Of a stretch of 64,000 nt of DNA, positions 26,790 through 36,471 are shown piece after piece. How positions within the stretch are numbered: position 1 is the first letter of the stretch; each line of letters opens with the position of its first letter. Location: contig CBDBLV010000002.1 of the NCBI GenBank assembly GCA_965207225.1, forward strand, positions 236,160-300,159. Reading direction: 5' to 3'. The DNA comes from Dehalococcoidia bacterium. Its GTDB lineage: Bacteria; Chloroflexota; Dehalococcoidia; Plut-88900. The position numbers were made by a program, and so were the translations under genes. The notes under the pieces are model-generated. The model had not been told where the DNA came from. It ran no database searches and was given only the letters and a program-made list of their open reading frames with translations.

Positions 26790-28527
26790 GTTCCCTGTTC
26801 ATCCGTCGTCTCACCGTCCACACGATTGCCAGCAGAGCTGCTGCCCCGAGCAACACCAACACCGAAACGGCGGACATCATCGGCCCGTATTCCGCACTCC
26901 TGCCGGACCAGATGTTCATCGGCAGCGTCTCGAAACCTCGGGCCTTCAGCAGCAGCGCCACGATCACTTCGTTGAAGGACACCAAGAATGCCAGGAACCC
27001 CGCTATCGCTATCGCCGGGTAAAGCTGAGGCAGCAACACCCTCCTGACAACCGTGAGTCGGTTTGCCCCCAGGCTTAGCGCCACCCTCTCCTGGATCGGG
27101 TCAATGTTCCTCATCGCTGCAGTGAGCACGATTATCACGTATGGCAGGGCCAAGACTGTGTGGGGAAACACTATTCCAGGTATCGTGCCCAGCAGGTGGC
27201 GCAGTATCTGGCTATGGAAATAAAGGTGAAAAAGGGCTCCCGCTGTCACGACCGTCGGGACTACCAGCGGAGACATGACAAATCCGTTGAATAGCCCCCG
27301 CCCCGGCACCCGAGATCGCACCAGGAAATAGGACACGATTCCCCCCAGCACCAGCGCCAGCATGGTAACCAGCCCCCCGATTACCAGGCTGTTGAACGTG
27401 GCCTCGGGCCAGTCCAGCAACGGGTCCGCCGAGGTGAAGTAGTCTCTGTACCACTTCAAGGTGATTCCCCTTAGAGGGAATACCAGGAACGATGATGTGC
27501 TGAATGACATCATCACTATCATAGCGGTGGGAAGGAGCAGGTAAACGCATATCACCCCCACTCCCAACCCCAGAAACGTCCGCCTCCTGGAGGGTTGTCC
27601 TCTGTCTTCCCCCCCGAGCCCCGTCAATGCCTCCCCCGCTTGATACAGAGGCCTGAATCCGACCCATCTCACGAATGCCAGGTAGATGATCAACACACCT
27701 GCTAGGGTTACTATGGCCAGTGCGGAGTTGAACTGCCCTCCTCCCCTCAAGTGGGAAGCAATGCCCCGGTGCGGGACGTTGCCAAGGATATCCGGCGCCG
27801 CAAAGGAGCTGATGCTCAGCACCACTACCAGCAGCACTCCCGCCCACACCCCCGGCATGCTCATCGGTAGGTACACCCTCAGGAAGCTTCGCACTGGGCC
27901 CGCGCCCAAATTGTTGGCGACCATCATGAAGGCCCGGGGTATTCCCCTCATGCCAGCGTAGATGCATAGGACCATGAAGGGCAGCAGGGTCTGGATCATC
28001 CCGATCTCTACGGCCGGCCCCGAGAACAGGATCGACAAAGGCTCATCGATTATCCCAAGTCCGGTCAACGCTTCGTTGATCCAGCCCCTCCTCCCCAGGA
28101 CCACCCGCCAGATTGAAGTCTGCGCCACAAAATGAGTCAGGAACGGTACGATAACCGCCATCAGGGCCAGGTTTCGCCTCCAACCGTCACTCGAGGCCAG
28201 GTAGTACGCCACGGGATACCCCAGGACCAGGCACAGAGCTGTAGTCACCAGCGTCTGCTCCAGTGTGATCTCCCACCACACTTGGGTTACCGAACTAAAA
28301 AGCGCCCTTTCGTACTGATCCAGCGTGAATGGCCCCCGACCCCCAAAGCTCGCCTCCAATACGCTCACCAGCGGCACCACAAAGAAAATCGCCAGCAGCA
28401 ATACTACCGGCGTAAGCAATATCAGCGTATTTCCGTCCCACCGCACCCACCCGGCCCGAAGCAATGCTCTGCCTTCGCCGTTCCGGATCCCAATGGCGGC
28501 CCTGCGTACTGAGCCTAAAACAGCCAA
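26776..28527 (-). CDS. fused two-domain ABC transporter permease (FbpB/ThiP/PotBC-like)
   Basis: 583 aa. Two tandem binding-protein-dependent permease modules. No cognate ATPase or binding-protein gene is adjacent. Confidence 0.75.
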   Translation of the reverse strand: MAVLGSVRRAAIGIRNGEGRALLRAGWVRWDGNTLILLTPVVLLLAIFFVVPLVSVLEASFGGRGPFTLDQYERALFSSVTQVWWEITLEQTLVTTALCLVLGYPVAYYLASSDGWRRNLALMAVIVPFLTHFVAQTSIWRVVLGRRGWINEALTGLGIIDEPLSILFSGPAVEIGMIQTLLPFMVLCIYAGMRGIPRAFMMVANNLGAGPVRSFLRVYLPMSMPGVWAGVLLVVVLSISSFAAPDILGNVPHRGIASHLRGGGQFNSALAIVTLAGVLIIYLAFVRWVGFRPLYQAGEALTGLGGEDRGQPSRRRTFLGLGVGVICVYLLLPTAMIVMMSFSTSSFLVFPLRGITLKWYRDYFTSADPLLDWPEATFNSLVIGGLVTMLALVLGGIVSYFLVRSRVPGRGLFNGFVMSPLVVPTVVTAGALFHLYFHSQILRHLLGTIPGIVFPHTVLALPYVIIVLTAAMRNIDPIQERVALSLGANRLTVVRRVLLPQLYPAIAIAGFLAFLVSFNEVIVALLLKARGFETLPMNIWSGRSAEYGPMMSAVSVLVLLGAAALLAIVWTVRRRMNREPSAP

Positions 28528-28611
28528 TCTCTACTCCGTTGCCTATCGACAGTTCGGCGACAACTGTATTGGTTGAGTAATGACATGGCAACTACCTAGG
28601 ATTGCCAGTAA

Positions 28612-28654
28612 GGGACAAAGAAATCGGGCGCTGGGATGTCCCCAACGCCCGATT
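28612..28654 (-). terminator. intrinsic terminator after the ABC-2 operon
   Basis: On the minus strand, the AATCGGGCG stem pairs with CGCCCGATT and is followed by TCTTTG, giving a T-rich TTTCTTTG tail. Located 48 nt after the permease stop codon. Confidence 0.55.
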
Positions 28655-28701
28655 GCGACTTCAGTCTGATGACAAAGGGAGAGGATCGATCTTCGTCCTG
28701 G

Positions 28702-29622
28702 CTACGACCTTATCTCTTCCCGGATAAATTTTGTGTAGGAGACGGCCAGGAAGACCACCACTGCGGATATCATGGCCACTATGTGGGGCCACACCAGCCG
28801 CAGGCTCTGCACAGCCGAAATGGGACTGCTCAGCAGGCCCGGGACCTGCTCTTGGAGAAACACTCCAAGGCTGCGAACGGTCGGGTTCAGCAGGGTGTCC
28901 GCGGCTTCCGAGAATAGGAAAGACGGTGAGACCCGTGATATCCAGGTCTCTATGTTGAAGTGCTCGATTGCCGTTTCCTGGTCCACTATATCGCCGACAA
29001 AGAAGTCCGCAATGGCCCCTGCCACCAGTATCAGGAAGAACGTTGATAGCAGCCACAGCCCTATCGCCACCATCGCCGAGACTACTGTGCTCCTGAAGAA
29101 TATGGAGGCAGCCATCGACACCGCCAGCCACAACCCCAGGTAGGCTATCGACACTATCGCGAAGCCCACCAGCCGGATAATCTCCTCTCCGTCCGGCACT
29201 ATGCCCAACGAAGCCATCGTAGCCCCGACAATCCCCAGTATCGTCGATATCTGGATAACCGCCAGAGTTGCCAGCCCGGCCAGGAACTTCCCGTTGTACA
29301 CCGAGTCCCGATGCACTGGGTTTGACAACACCCGGGCCAACGTTCCCTGGGTCCGTTCACTGTTGATGCTGTCGAACCCAAGAATAATCCCGGCCAGCGG
29401 CCCGAAGAAGCTTATGAAGAATAGGAGAGAGGGCAATACGTCGGTGCTGGAAGAGAACACCTTCAGAAAGAGAAACTCCTCCCGACTGCTGGCCGCATCT
29501 TGCACAGTCCCGAAAATCACCGACAGCGCCCAGATTATCGCTAGTAGCACTAGCGCCAGCAGGAAGATAAACCTCCTCCTGCCGAAATGGTCGGCCATCT
29601 CTTTCCAGAAGATTGCGCCCAT
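28702..29622 (-). CDS. ABC-2 type transporter permease
   Basis: 306 aa. Six hydrophobic segments. N-terminus MGAIFWKEMADHFGRRRF is typical of the ABC-2 / NosY-like family. Abuts the ATPase gene. Confidence 0.75.
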   Translation of the reverse strand: MGAIFWKEMADHFGRRRFIFLLALVLLAIIWALSVIFGTVQDAASSREEFLFLKVFSSSTDVLPSLLFFISFFGPLAGIILGFDSINSERTQGTLARVLSNPVHRDSVYNGKFLAGLATLAVIQISTILGIVGATMASLGIVPDGEEIIRLVGFAIVSIAYLGLWLAVSMAASIFFRSTVVSAMVAIGLWLLSTFFLILVAGAIADFFVGDIVDQETAIEHFNIETWISRVSPSFLFSEAADTLLNPTVRSLGVFLQEQVPGLLSSPISAVQSLRLVWPHIVAMISAVVVFLAVSYTKFIREEIRS

Positions 29623-30552
29623 CTAGCCCTCCTGGAAATACCTCAGGTAGATCTCTTCCAGACTGCGGTCTCTGGACTGCATCTGGAGAAGCTCCACACC
29701 GTGCTCCATGACCGACGCCAGTGCCTTGGCCCTTACCTGTTCTTTCGAAGAGACAGTGATCGTGTTGCCCAGTGCAACACAACGGTCCACGGATGGCAGC
29801 CCTTTCAGGGCCTCTATCAATTCGGCCGTCGCGTCGCTGACTTCTAACTCCAATTGATAGCCTTCTTCCTGCCTGTCCACCAGCTCCCCGACTGGCCCTT
29901 CCAGAACCATCTTCCCGTGGGACATTATCCCGACCCGGTTGCAGATTCGCTGCACCTCATGAAGTCGGTGAGAAGAGATAAAGACCGTTATGCCTTCCGA
30001 CTTGCTCATCTCCTGGATGAGCTGGAGTAGCCAGTTAACGCCTGCTGGGTCCAGCCCCAGAGTCGGATCATCTAGGATGACCAGCTTCGGCTCCTTGAGT
30101 AATACGTCCGCCAAACCTAACCTCTGCCGCATGCCTCGTGAATACTGGCCTACAGGCTGGCTCTTTGCCGCTGACAGCTCGACCTGGTCCATCAGCTCCT
30201 CAATGCGCTCGTCGCTCTCCTCACGGGGCATTTCGTTTAGCCTGGCAGTGTATTGCAGATTCTCCCGACCTGTGAGGTCGTTATAGAAGCCCACGTTCTC
30301 CGGCAGGTAGCCGATCATGCGCTTCACGGCTAGAGGATTCCGCGTCGGGTCGAACCCCGATATCCGCGCCCATCCCTCCGTCGGCTCCGTCAGCCCCAGG
30401 AGCATCAGGATAGTGGTGCTCTTACCCGACCCATTCGGCCCGAGGAAACCGAACACCTCTCCCTCTTCCAGGCGCAGATCAAGGGAGTCAACGGCTGTGA
30501 AGTTGCCGTATCTCTTGGTCAGACCCTCGGCCTCGATAATGACTTCGCTCAT
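29623..30552 (-). CDS. ABC transporter ATP-binding protein
   Basis: Start at the internal ATG 30552 (MSEVIIEAEGLTKRYG). Walker A GPNGSGKST, signature YSRGMRQRL, Walker B LVILDDPT. ATGA overlap with the upstream gene. Confidence 0.9.
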   Translation of the reverse strand: MSEVIIEAEGLTKRYGNFTAVDSLDLRLEEGEVFGFLGPNGSGKSTTILMLLGLTEPTEGWARISGFDPTRNPLAVKRMIGYLPENVGFYNDLTGRENLQYTARLNEMPREESDERIEELMDQVELSAAKSQPVGQYSRGMRQRLGLADVLLKEPKLVILDDPTLGLDPAGVNWLLQLIQEMSKSEGITVFISSHRLHEVQRICNRVGIMSHGKMVLEGPVGELVDRQEEGYQLELEVSDATAELIEALKGLPSVDRCVALGNTITVSSKEQVRAKALASVMEHGVELLQMQSRDRSLEEIYLRYFQEG

Positions 30553-31778
30553 CGCCTGCCCAGCCGTACGAACATGCCTACCAGGGCAAAGATTACGGCT
30601 ATCAGTATCCCGATCCCGACCCACTGCCAGACCGTTGACCTCTCCACCGTAATCCTGAGCGAGACCTGGTCTTGAATGTCGTTGTTGCGTGCGCGCAGGG
30701 TGACAAGGTAGTCGCCTGGCACGGCGTCGCTGGGCGGGGTTATTGCCACGCCGACGTTTATGAGGTTGTTCACCGGGATAGACTCGATGTTGGCGGTCTG
30801 CCACTCGATTTCCCAGCCGGCCGGGGTGTCGGCTATCAGACCCAGGTCCGTGATGTCCGCCGTACCCGTGTTGACCAGCTGCACCGTGGCGGCTTGCGCG
30901 CTCCCGGCTTCGGCGTTGACGTTCAGCCGACCGTCGGGGGTGGTCATGAACACATCGAAGGTCCCTGTCAAGGTCACCTGGAGCGGAATTTCCCGGACGT
31001 AGATTTCTTCTTCATCCGCCAGCCGTACCACTATCGGATAGTCTCCTGCAGGCGCCAATGCCGGCGGCGACACCCTCACCTTTATCCTCTGGTTGAGCTG
31101 GGTGACTATGCTCACGTTGGTGATCAAGCGCTCCGCCCCGAAGGCCGGCAGGAATTGCACCCGCCACCCCTGCGGGAACAGCGCCCCGAGGTTCAGGGAT
31201 ACATCTTCGGGAGTGTTATTCACCACGGACATTTCGAACTCGAATAGGGTGGTAGTGGGGCCGCTAAGGAATGGGTAATTCGAAGTTACCGTGACCTCGC
31301 CCGGGTCTTCCGGCGCTCCTTCTACCCTCTGGAGCCTTAGGCTCTTTTCGACTAGAACATCACCTGTTGCTGACTTTGCCAGGAGCGTCATCGTGAAGTC
31401 TGCAGCGCTCTGGTCCCGGGGGCCGCGTATCCGCAACTGCAAGTCTTCTCGTTGCTCGGGTGCCAATTCGATGCTCGTGATCAGGAACGTCCCGACCCTG
31501 GGTCTGAATCTCGCCGTCCAGCCCTCGGGCAGCCCAGACGTCTCAAGGTTCACCAGCATGGTACGGTTCGTGCCGTTGCACAGCACCGTGTCCAGGTTTG
31601 CCGTGGTAGTGGAAGCCTCAAGGAAGATGCCGGTGGCGGGGGGGTCCATGCTGACTACCCCCGGAGGACAGGGTTCCGGCTCCTCTTCATCATCCTGCGC
31701 CAGCACCATTGTTGGCAGAGCCAAAGACAGGACCAGGATGATTAGTAAAGCAGATGTGAATAGAGCCTTATAGCGCAT
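30549..31778 (-). CDS. secreted, C-terminally anchored protein with repeated beta-sandwich (NEW3/CARDB-like) domains
   Basis: Start at MRYKALF (31778). Signal peptide, acidic linker, repetitive beta-rich modules, and a C-terminal TM segment ending in RLGRR. First gene of the ABC-2 operon. Confidence 0.55.
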   Translation of the reverse strand: MRYKALFTSALLIILVLSLALPTMVLAQDDEEEPEPCPPGVVSMDPPATGIFLEASTTTANLDTVLCNGTNRTMLVNLETSGLPEGWTARFRPRVGTFLITSIELAPEQREDLQLRIRGPRDQSAADFTMTLLAKSATGDVLVEKSLRLQRVEGAPEDPGEVTVTSNYPFLSGPTTTLFEFEMSVVNNTPEDVSLNLGALFPQGWRVQFLPAFGAERLITNVSIVTQLNQRIKVRVSPPALAPAGDYPIVVRLADEEEIYVREIPLQVTLTGTFDVFMTTPDGRLNVNAEAGSAQAATVQLVNTGTADITDLGLIADTPAGWEIEWQTANIESIPVNNLINVGVAITPPSDAVPGDYLVTLRARNNDIQDQVSLRITVERSTVWQWVGIGILIAVIFALVGMFVRLGRR

Positions 31779-32099
31779 GGTTCCTCCCTGCCGAGGCCCC
31801 ACATCCCGCGATCTCCGCTCGCGCCACGGCCTCTGACATTTGTTTGGGTTGTGTAGTTGCTGGGTTTAGAGGTCGCTTGTTGGCTTATAACGTTTTGGCG
31901 TGCAATTGGTTAGGAGGTCAATCGGGTTTTGTCACAAAGAAGGTCTGCCTCGCGAAATATCTCTTTAGAATCAGCCTTCTTCATTCGCGCCAATTGAGTA
32001 TAAATGCCCGTCATTGGCTGTCAAGCTGCCAGCCTGCTTGTCCTGGTAGCATGGTCCCCGACTCAGCTTTGTTCTTCCACGTCCTGTCCGGTTGCCCCC

Positions 32100-32136
32100 C
32101 TCGCGTTGGGGCGGAACACTGCCCCCGTGTTATACT
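32100..32136 (+). promoter_or_regulatory. extended -10 promoter of purA
   Basis: CCCCCGTGtTATACT (-10 at 32131-32136, TG at 32128-32129). Weak -35. Confidence 0.4.
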
Positions 32137-32179
32137 CCCCGACGGCCCGGACCCCAGACCCCGTAAGGAAGGACCCACG

Positions 32180-33472
32180 TTGCCAGTCGTAGCGATCGTC
32201 GGCGCCCAATGGGGCGACGAAGGTAAAGGAAAGATCGTAGATCTCCTATCGGAGAGCGCCGACTACATAGTCAGGTACGCCGGTGGAAACAACGCCGGTC
32301 ATACCGTGATGAACGCGCATGGTGAGTTCAAGCTCCACATGGTGCCTGCGGGTGTATTCAATCCCAAGGCTACCTGCGTCCTGGCCAATGGAGTAGTTAT
32401 TCATCCCCCGGCTCTGCTTGAGGAGATCAAAGGGCTTGAGGACAGCAGCGTAAACCTCCAGCCCGGCAAACGTCTTCTCATCAGCGACAAGGCCCACCTC
32501 ATCATGCCCTACCACGTCCTGCAGGACGAACTGGAGGAAAATGCCCGAGGCAGTATGGCTATTGGCACAACCAAAAAGGGCATCGGCCCCGCTTACATGG
32601 ACAAAACGGGCAGGCTCGGTATCAGGGTGGGGGAACTGCTGGAACCCGGGTCATTTCGAGAACGGCTTGATTACGTGCTCAGCTACAAGAACGCACTCCT
32701 GACAAAGCTATATGGCGTCGAACCCCTCTCCGCGGATGAAGTTTTCGAGGAGTACGCCGAGCATGGCGAAAAGCTCCGTCCCTTTATTGGCCAGACCGAA
32801 ATCACCGTTCGCAGGGCCGCCGAGTCCGGCGCCTTGGTAGTCATGGAAGGCGCGCAAGGCGCACTCCTTGACCCCGACTTCGGCACGTACCCCTTCGTCA
32901 CGTCCTCCGCCCCGATAGCCGCTGGATCCGCCCAGGGCGCGGGCCTCAGCCCCAACATGATCGATTCCGTCATTGGGGTCTACAAGAGCTATTCCACACG
33001 GGTGGGCTCCGGCCCATTCCCTACCGAGCTCCACGACGAAGTAGGCCACCACATCCGCGAAAAGGCCGCCGAGTACGGTGCCACAACGGGTCGACCCCGC
33101 CGATGCGGCTGGTTTGACGCAGTCCTGGGCCGCTATTCTTCCATGATAAACGGCTACACGTCGGTGGCGCTGACCCGTCTGGACGTCCTGGACGAACTAG
33201 ATACCCTGAAGATATGTACGGGCTACCGACTCAACGGCTCCGTCCTTTCGAATCCCCCATCCAGCGCCGCAGCCCTGAACGACTGCCAGCCCGTCTACGA
33301 GGAACTGCCCGGATGGCTCACCTCCACCCGGGAGGCCCGCAGCTTCGAGGATCTCCCTCCCCAGGCCCGACAGTACGTAGAGCGCATCCAGGAGCTCATC
33401 TGCGCCCCCATCGACCTGATCGCTGTCGGGCCCCGCCGCGAAGAATCCATCTTCCTCCGACCTCTCCCATAG
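32180..33472 (+). CDS. purA: adenylosuccinate synthetase
   Basis: TTG start at 32180 after AAGGAAGGA. The N-terminus LPVVAIVGAQWGDEGKGK is the canonical PurA P-loop. The 5' part of the 542-aa track ORF is spurious. Confidence 0.93.
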   Translation: MPVVAIVGAQWGDEGKGKIVDLLSESADYIVRYAGGNNAGHTVMNAHGEFKLHMVPAGVFNPKATCVLANGVVIHPPALLEEIKGLEDSSVNLQPGKRLLISDKAHLIMPYHVLQDELEENARGSMAIGTTKKGIGPAYMDKTGRLGIRVGELLEPGSFRERLDYVLSYKNALLTKLYGVEPLSADEVFEEYAEHGEKLRPFIGQTEITVRRAAESGALVVMEGAQGALLDPDFGTYPFVTSSAPIAAGSAQGAGLSPNMIDSVIGVYKSYSTRVGSGPFPTELHDEVGHHIREKAAEYGATTGRPRRCGWFDAVLGRYSSMINGYTSVALTRLDVLDELDTLKICTGYRLNGSVLSNPPSSAAALNDCQPVYEELPGWLTSTREARSFEDLPPQARQYVERIQELICAPIDLIAVGPRREESIFLRPLP

Positions 33473-33486
33473 CACTGAATTCAGGA

Positions 33487-33535
33487 CGCGACGAGGGCCC
33501 GGCGGTGCCGGGTCCTCGCGTTTGAGGCTTTGTTT
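33487..33535 (+). terminator. intrinsic terminator after purA
   Basis: CGCGA..GGGCCCGG / CCGGGTCCTCGCG stem with a 3-nt bulge, followed by TTTGAGGCTTTGTTTG. Confidence 0.45.
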
Positions 33536-33537
33536 GC

Positions 33538-34440
33538 TTACACCCTTGCAGGTATGGGCAAGTCCATGGAGTGCTTTGCAACTTCCGCCATGATCTTCGC
33601 GGCGGTGGCATCATCGGGGCCAAGAAGCGGTAACCTTGTGCCTCCCACGTCGAACCCTATCCTCCCCATAGCATACTTCAGGGGTATCGGGTTGGCCACA
33701 ACGAACATGCTGTTAACCAGGGGCAGGAGCCTACGGTGAATAGCTGCCGCTTCATTGTTGCTCCTGCTGACATAGCTGTCGATCATCTGCTTGATCTGAT
33801 TGCCGACCAAGTGTGAGAGGACACTAACCACACCATAACCGCCCAGGGAAAGGATGGGCAACGTGTCCCCGTCATTCCCGCTCCAGACTTTGAAGTCAGG
33901 GCCTGCGCCCGAGATGATCTTCGAAATCTGGTCGAAATCGGCGCTCGCCTCCTTGATCCCGACAATGTTCTCAATTGCACTTAGCTTAACTACGGTGCCA
34001 GCCTGAATGTTCGTCACGGTGCGGCTGGGGACGTTGTAGATTATGCAGGGGAGCGACGTGCTGCCGGCGATGTAAGCGAAGTGCTCGTAAAGGCCGTCCT
34101 GGGGCGGCTTGTTGTAGTAGGGCACCACAAGCAGTGCGCCGTCTACACCCAGCCTCTCCGCCTCCCCAGTCAATTCCGCCGACTCTGCGGTACAGTAGCT
34201 CCCCGAACCCGCAATCACCGAGGCCCGGTCCCCCACCTCCGCCTTCACCTCCGCCCACAGCCTTGTTTTTTCCTCCGAGGTTAGGGTCGGGGCCTCTCCT
34301 GTCGTACCGGTCACGACTAACCCATCGCTGCCCGAGTCAACAAGCGCAGATGCCAGGCGTTTGGCAGCATCGTAGTCCACCTCCCCCCTGTCGTCGAAGG
34401 GCGTCACCATCGCCGTGAGAAGTCTTCCTATCTCCACCAT
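33538..34440 (-). CDS. dapA: 4-hydroxy-tetrahydrodipicolinate synthase
   Basis: 300 aa. Motifs GTTGEAPTLT, VVPYYNKP and IVGIKEAS (Schiff-base lysine). Confidence 0.93.
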   Translation of the reverse strand: MVEIGRLLTAMVTPFDDRGEVDYDAAKRLASALVDSGSDGLVVTGTTGEAPTLTSEEKTRLWAEVKAEVGDRASVIAGSGSYCTAESAELTGEAERLGVDGALLVVPYYNKPPQDGLYEHFAYIAGSTSLPCIIYNVPSRTVTNIQAGTVVKLSAIENIVGIKEASADFDQISKIISGAGPDFKVWSGNDGDTLPILSLGGYGVVSVLSHLVGNQIKQMIDSYVSRSNNEAAAIHRRLLPLVNSMFVVANPIPLKYAMGRIGFDVGGTRLPLLGPDDATAAKIMAEVAKHSMDLPIPARV

Positions 34441-34518
34441 CTTTCGCCTCCCTTCTCTTGCCTCTTACCGATGACTGTCACTAAGCCGCTGGGCCGAGCG
34501 TATTGAGTTATCGTGTGA

Positions 34519-35571
34519 CTACTGTGCGGCGGACGTGAGGACGGGTTCGGGTCGAGACTCTCTCTGTCCCGAAATCAGCACCTCGGCAATTTGCACCGTG
34601 TTCAAGGCAGCACCCTTGCGAACGTTGTCGCCGACTACCCACAAGGCTATTCCCCTAGGGTGGGATGCGTCCTTCCTGATTCTACCGACAAACACGTCGT
34701 CCGTTCCGGCAACCGATACAGGTAGCGGATATTCATGCGACGCTGGGTTATCTATGACGTGGACACCCGGGGCTTGGGACAGGACTTCCCTGACTTCCTG
34801 AGCGTCCATTGGGTCGGTTAGTTCCATGTGTACGGCTTCACTGTGGCTTACGTACACCGGTACCCGAACTGCCGTAGCGGAAATGGCCATTTCCGGCGCA
34901 TGCATGATTTTGCGAGTCTCCTGGACTATCTTCCACTCCTCGTTGAAGTAACCGTTGTCCAGGTAGGTGTCGATTTCCGGTATCACGTTGAAGGCTATCG
35001 GGTGAGGCATCTTCCGGGCACTGACCTCTTCACTAGCAACTGACGCACGAGTCTGGTCTTCCAGCTCCTGTACACCTGCTCCCCCTGCCCCCGATACTGA
35101 TTGGTAGGTATCCACAATCACCCGCTTGATGGGGTTCACCCGGTGAATCGGGGCAAGGGCCACGACCAGTTGTATGGTCGAACAGTTCGGGTTGGCAATG
35201 ATGCCCTCGTGCTTGAACACGTCATCGGCGTTCACCTCGGGGACGACCAGTGGGACGTTCTCCTCCATACGGAAGGCCTTGCTATTGTCCACGACCACAG
35301 CCCCACATTCGGCGGCAATTGGAGAGAACTTACGGCTCACCCCCGAGCCAGCCGAAAACAGCACGATATCCACTCCGTCAAAGGAGCCTTCATCCAACCT
35401 CTCAACCACCACGTCCCGACCCTTGACTTGCATCACCTTGCCCTCGGACCGCTCCGAGGCCAGGAGCCTCACCGAGGACATGGGGAAGTCTCGCTCCTCC
35501 AAAATACTGAGGAACTGCCGACCCACCAGGCCAGTGGCCCCGGCGATTGCTATGCTAGGTTCTCGTTTCAT
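34519..35571 (-). CDS. asd: aspartate-semialdehyde dehydrogenase
   Basis: 350 aa. Motifs IAIAGATGLVG and IIANPNCSTIQL (active-site Cys). Confidence 0.93.
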   Translation of the reverse strand: MKREPSIAIAGATGLVGRQFLSILEERDFPMSSVRLLASERSEGKVMQVKGRDVVVERLDEGSFDGVDIVLFSAGSGVSRKFSPIAAECGAVVVDNSKAFRMEENVPLVVPEVNADDVFKHEGIIANPNCSTIQLVVALAPIHRVNPIKRVIVDTYQSVSGAGGAGVQELEDQTRASVASEEVSARKMPHPIAFNVIPEIDTYLDNGYFNEEWKIVQETRKIMHAPEMAISATAVRVPVYVSHSEAVHMELTDPMDAQEVREVLSQAPGVHVIDNPASHEYPLPVSVAGTDDVFVGRIRKDASHPRGIALWVVGDNVRKGAALNTVQIAEVLISGQRESRPEPVLTSAAQ

Positions 35572-35641
35572 ATCGATTTCTCAAGGCAGGCGCGATGAGC
35601 GCCTCTATCCGTAGGCTTGGAATGATAGGACTTAAGGGGAT

Positions 35642-36439
35642 TTAGTCAAGGCCCAGCAGGTTATCCAGGCCAAAGACTATCCCCACCCGCTTGGGCGCAG
35701 CCTCCAGGGCCATCAGAACGCCGGGCATGTAGCACGTCCTCCCGGAGGTGTCGTGCCTGATAGAAAGAGTCTGACCGAGACCCCCAAAGATCACTTCCTG
35801 GTGCGCCACCGAGCCCTGGGGCCTGAGGCTGTGTACGGCCACGCCATCCACTACCGCCCCTCGTGATCCGGGCAAGTTCTCCTTTTGCGTGACCGACAGT
35901 TCAAAGGGCTTGCCCCTAGCCTTCACCATGTCCTCGGCGGTGGCGATGGCGGTGCCGGATGGGGCGTCTATCTTTGTCTCGTGGTGCCTTTCAATCACCT
36001 CTGCATAGTCGAAGTACCTGCTGGCGATCTTGGACATGTGGATCATCAGCACAGCGCCCAGAGCGAAGTTGGGCGCTATCACCCCCCCGACGTTGTGCTG
36101 ACGGCATAGCACATCAAGTTCGGACACTTGGTCCCCCGTCAACCCGGACGTGCCGATGACTACGTGGACACCGTTCTCTATAGCAACTCGTGCAGTGGCC
36201 AGCGCGCCTTCGGCCTGGCTGAAATCAACTATCACGTCAGGCTTGACGTGTTGGAGAAGGCTCGGGAAATCCAGGGTATGGGGCACGCCTGAACCGTCGG
36301 GGAGGGTTAGTGGGGAGCCGTCAGCATCCAGGGACACGGCCCCCGCCACCCGCATATCGGGATGGTTGGATACTGCTGCGACTATCTCTTTGCCGACGCG
36401 CCCGGTTGCTCCCTGGATGGCTACGTTGAGAGTTGCCAC
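35642..36439 (-). CDS. dapB: 4-hydroxy-tetrahydrodipicolinate reductase
   Basis: 265 aa. Motifs GATGRVGKEI and ERHHETKIDAPSGTA. Confidence 0.9.
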   Translation of the reverse strand: MATLNVAIQGATGRVGKEIVAAVSNHPDMRVAGAVSLDADGSPLTLPDGSGVPHTLDFPSLLQHVKPDVIVDFSQAEGALATARVAIENGVHVVIGTSGLTGDQVSELDVLCRQHNVGGVIAPNFALGAVLMIHMSKIASRYFDYAEVIERHHETKIDAPSGTAIATAEDMVKARGKPFELSVTQKENLPGSRGAVVDGVAVHSLRPQGSVAHQEVIFGGLGQTLSIRHDTSGRTCYMPGVLMALEAAPKRVGIVFGLDNLLGLD

Positions 36440-36471
36440 GGCTGAACCTCCCTGTTCACAGGGTTGCCGTG

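Noticed and set aside
29623-30804. 393-aa form of the ABC ATPase
   Set aside because: The first 84 codons overlap the upstream gene and are Arg-rich junk. The conserved ATPase N-terminus begins at the ATG at 30552.
31844-32179. N-terminal 112 codons of the 542-aa purA track ORF
   Set aside because: The canonical PurA N-terminus (VVAIVGAQWGDEGKGK) starts at the TTG at 32180, which has a good RBS. The upstream stretch contains the predicted promoter and has non-protein-like composition.
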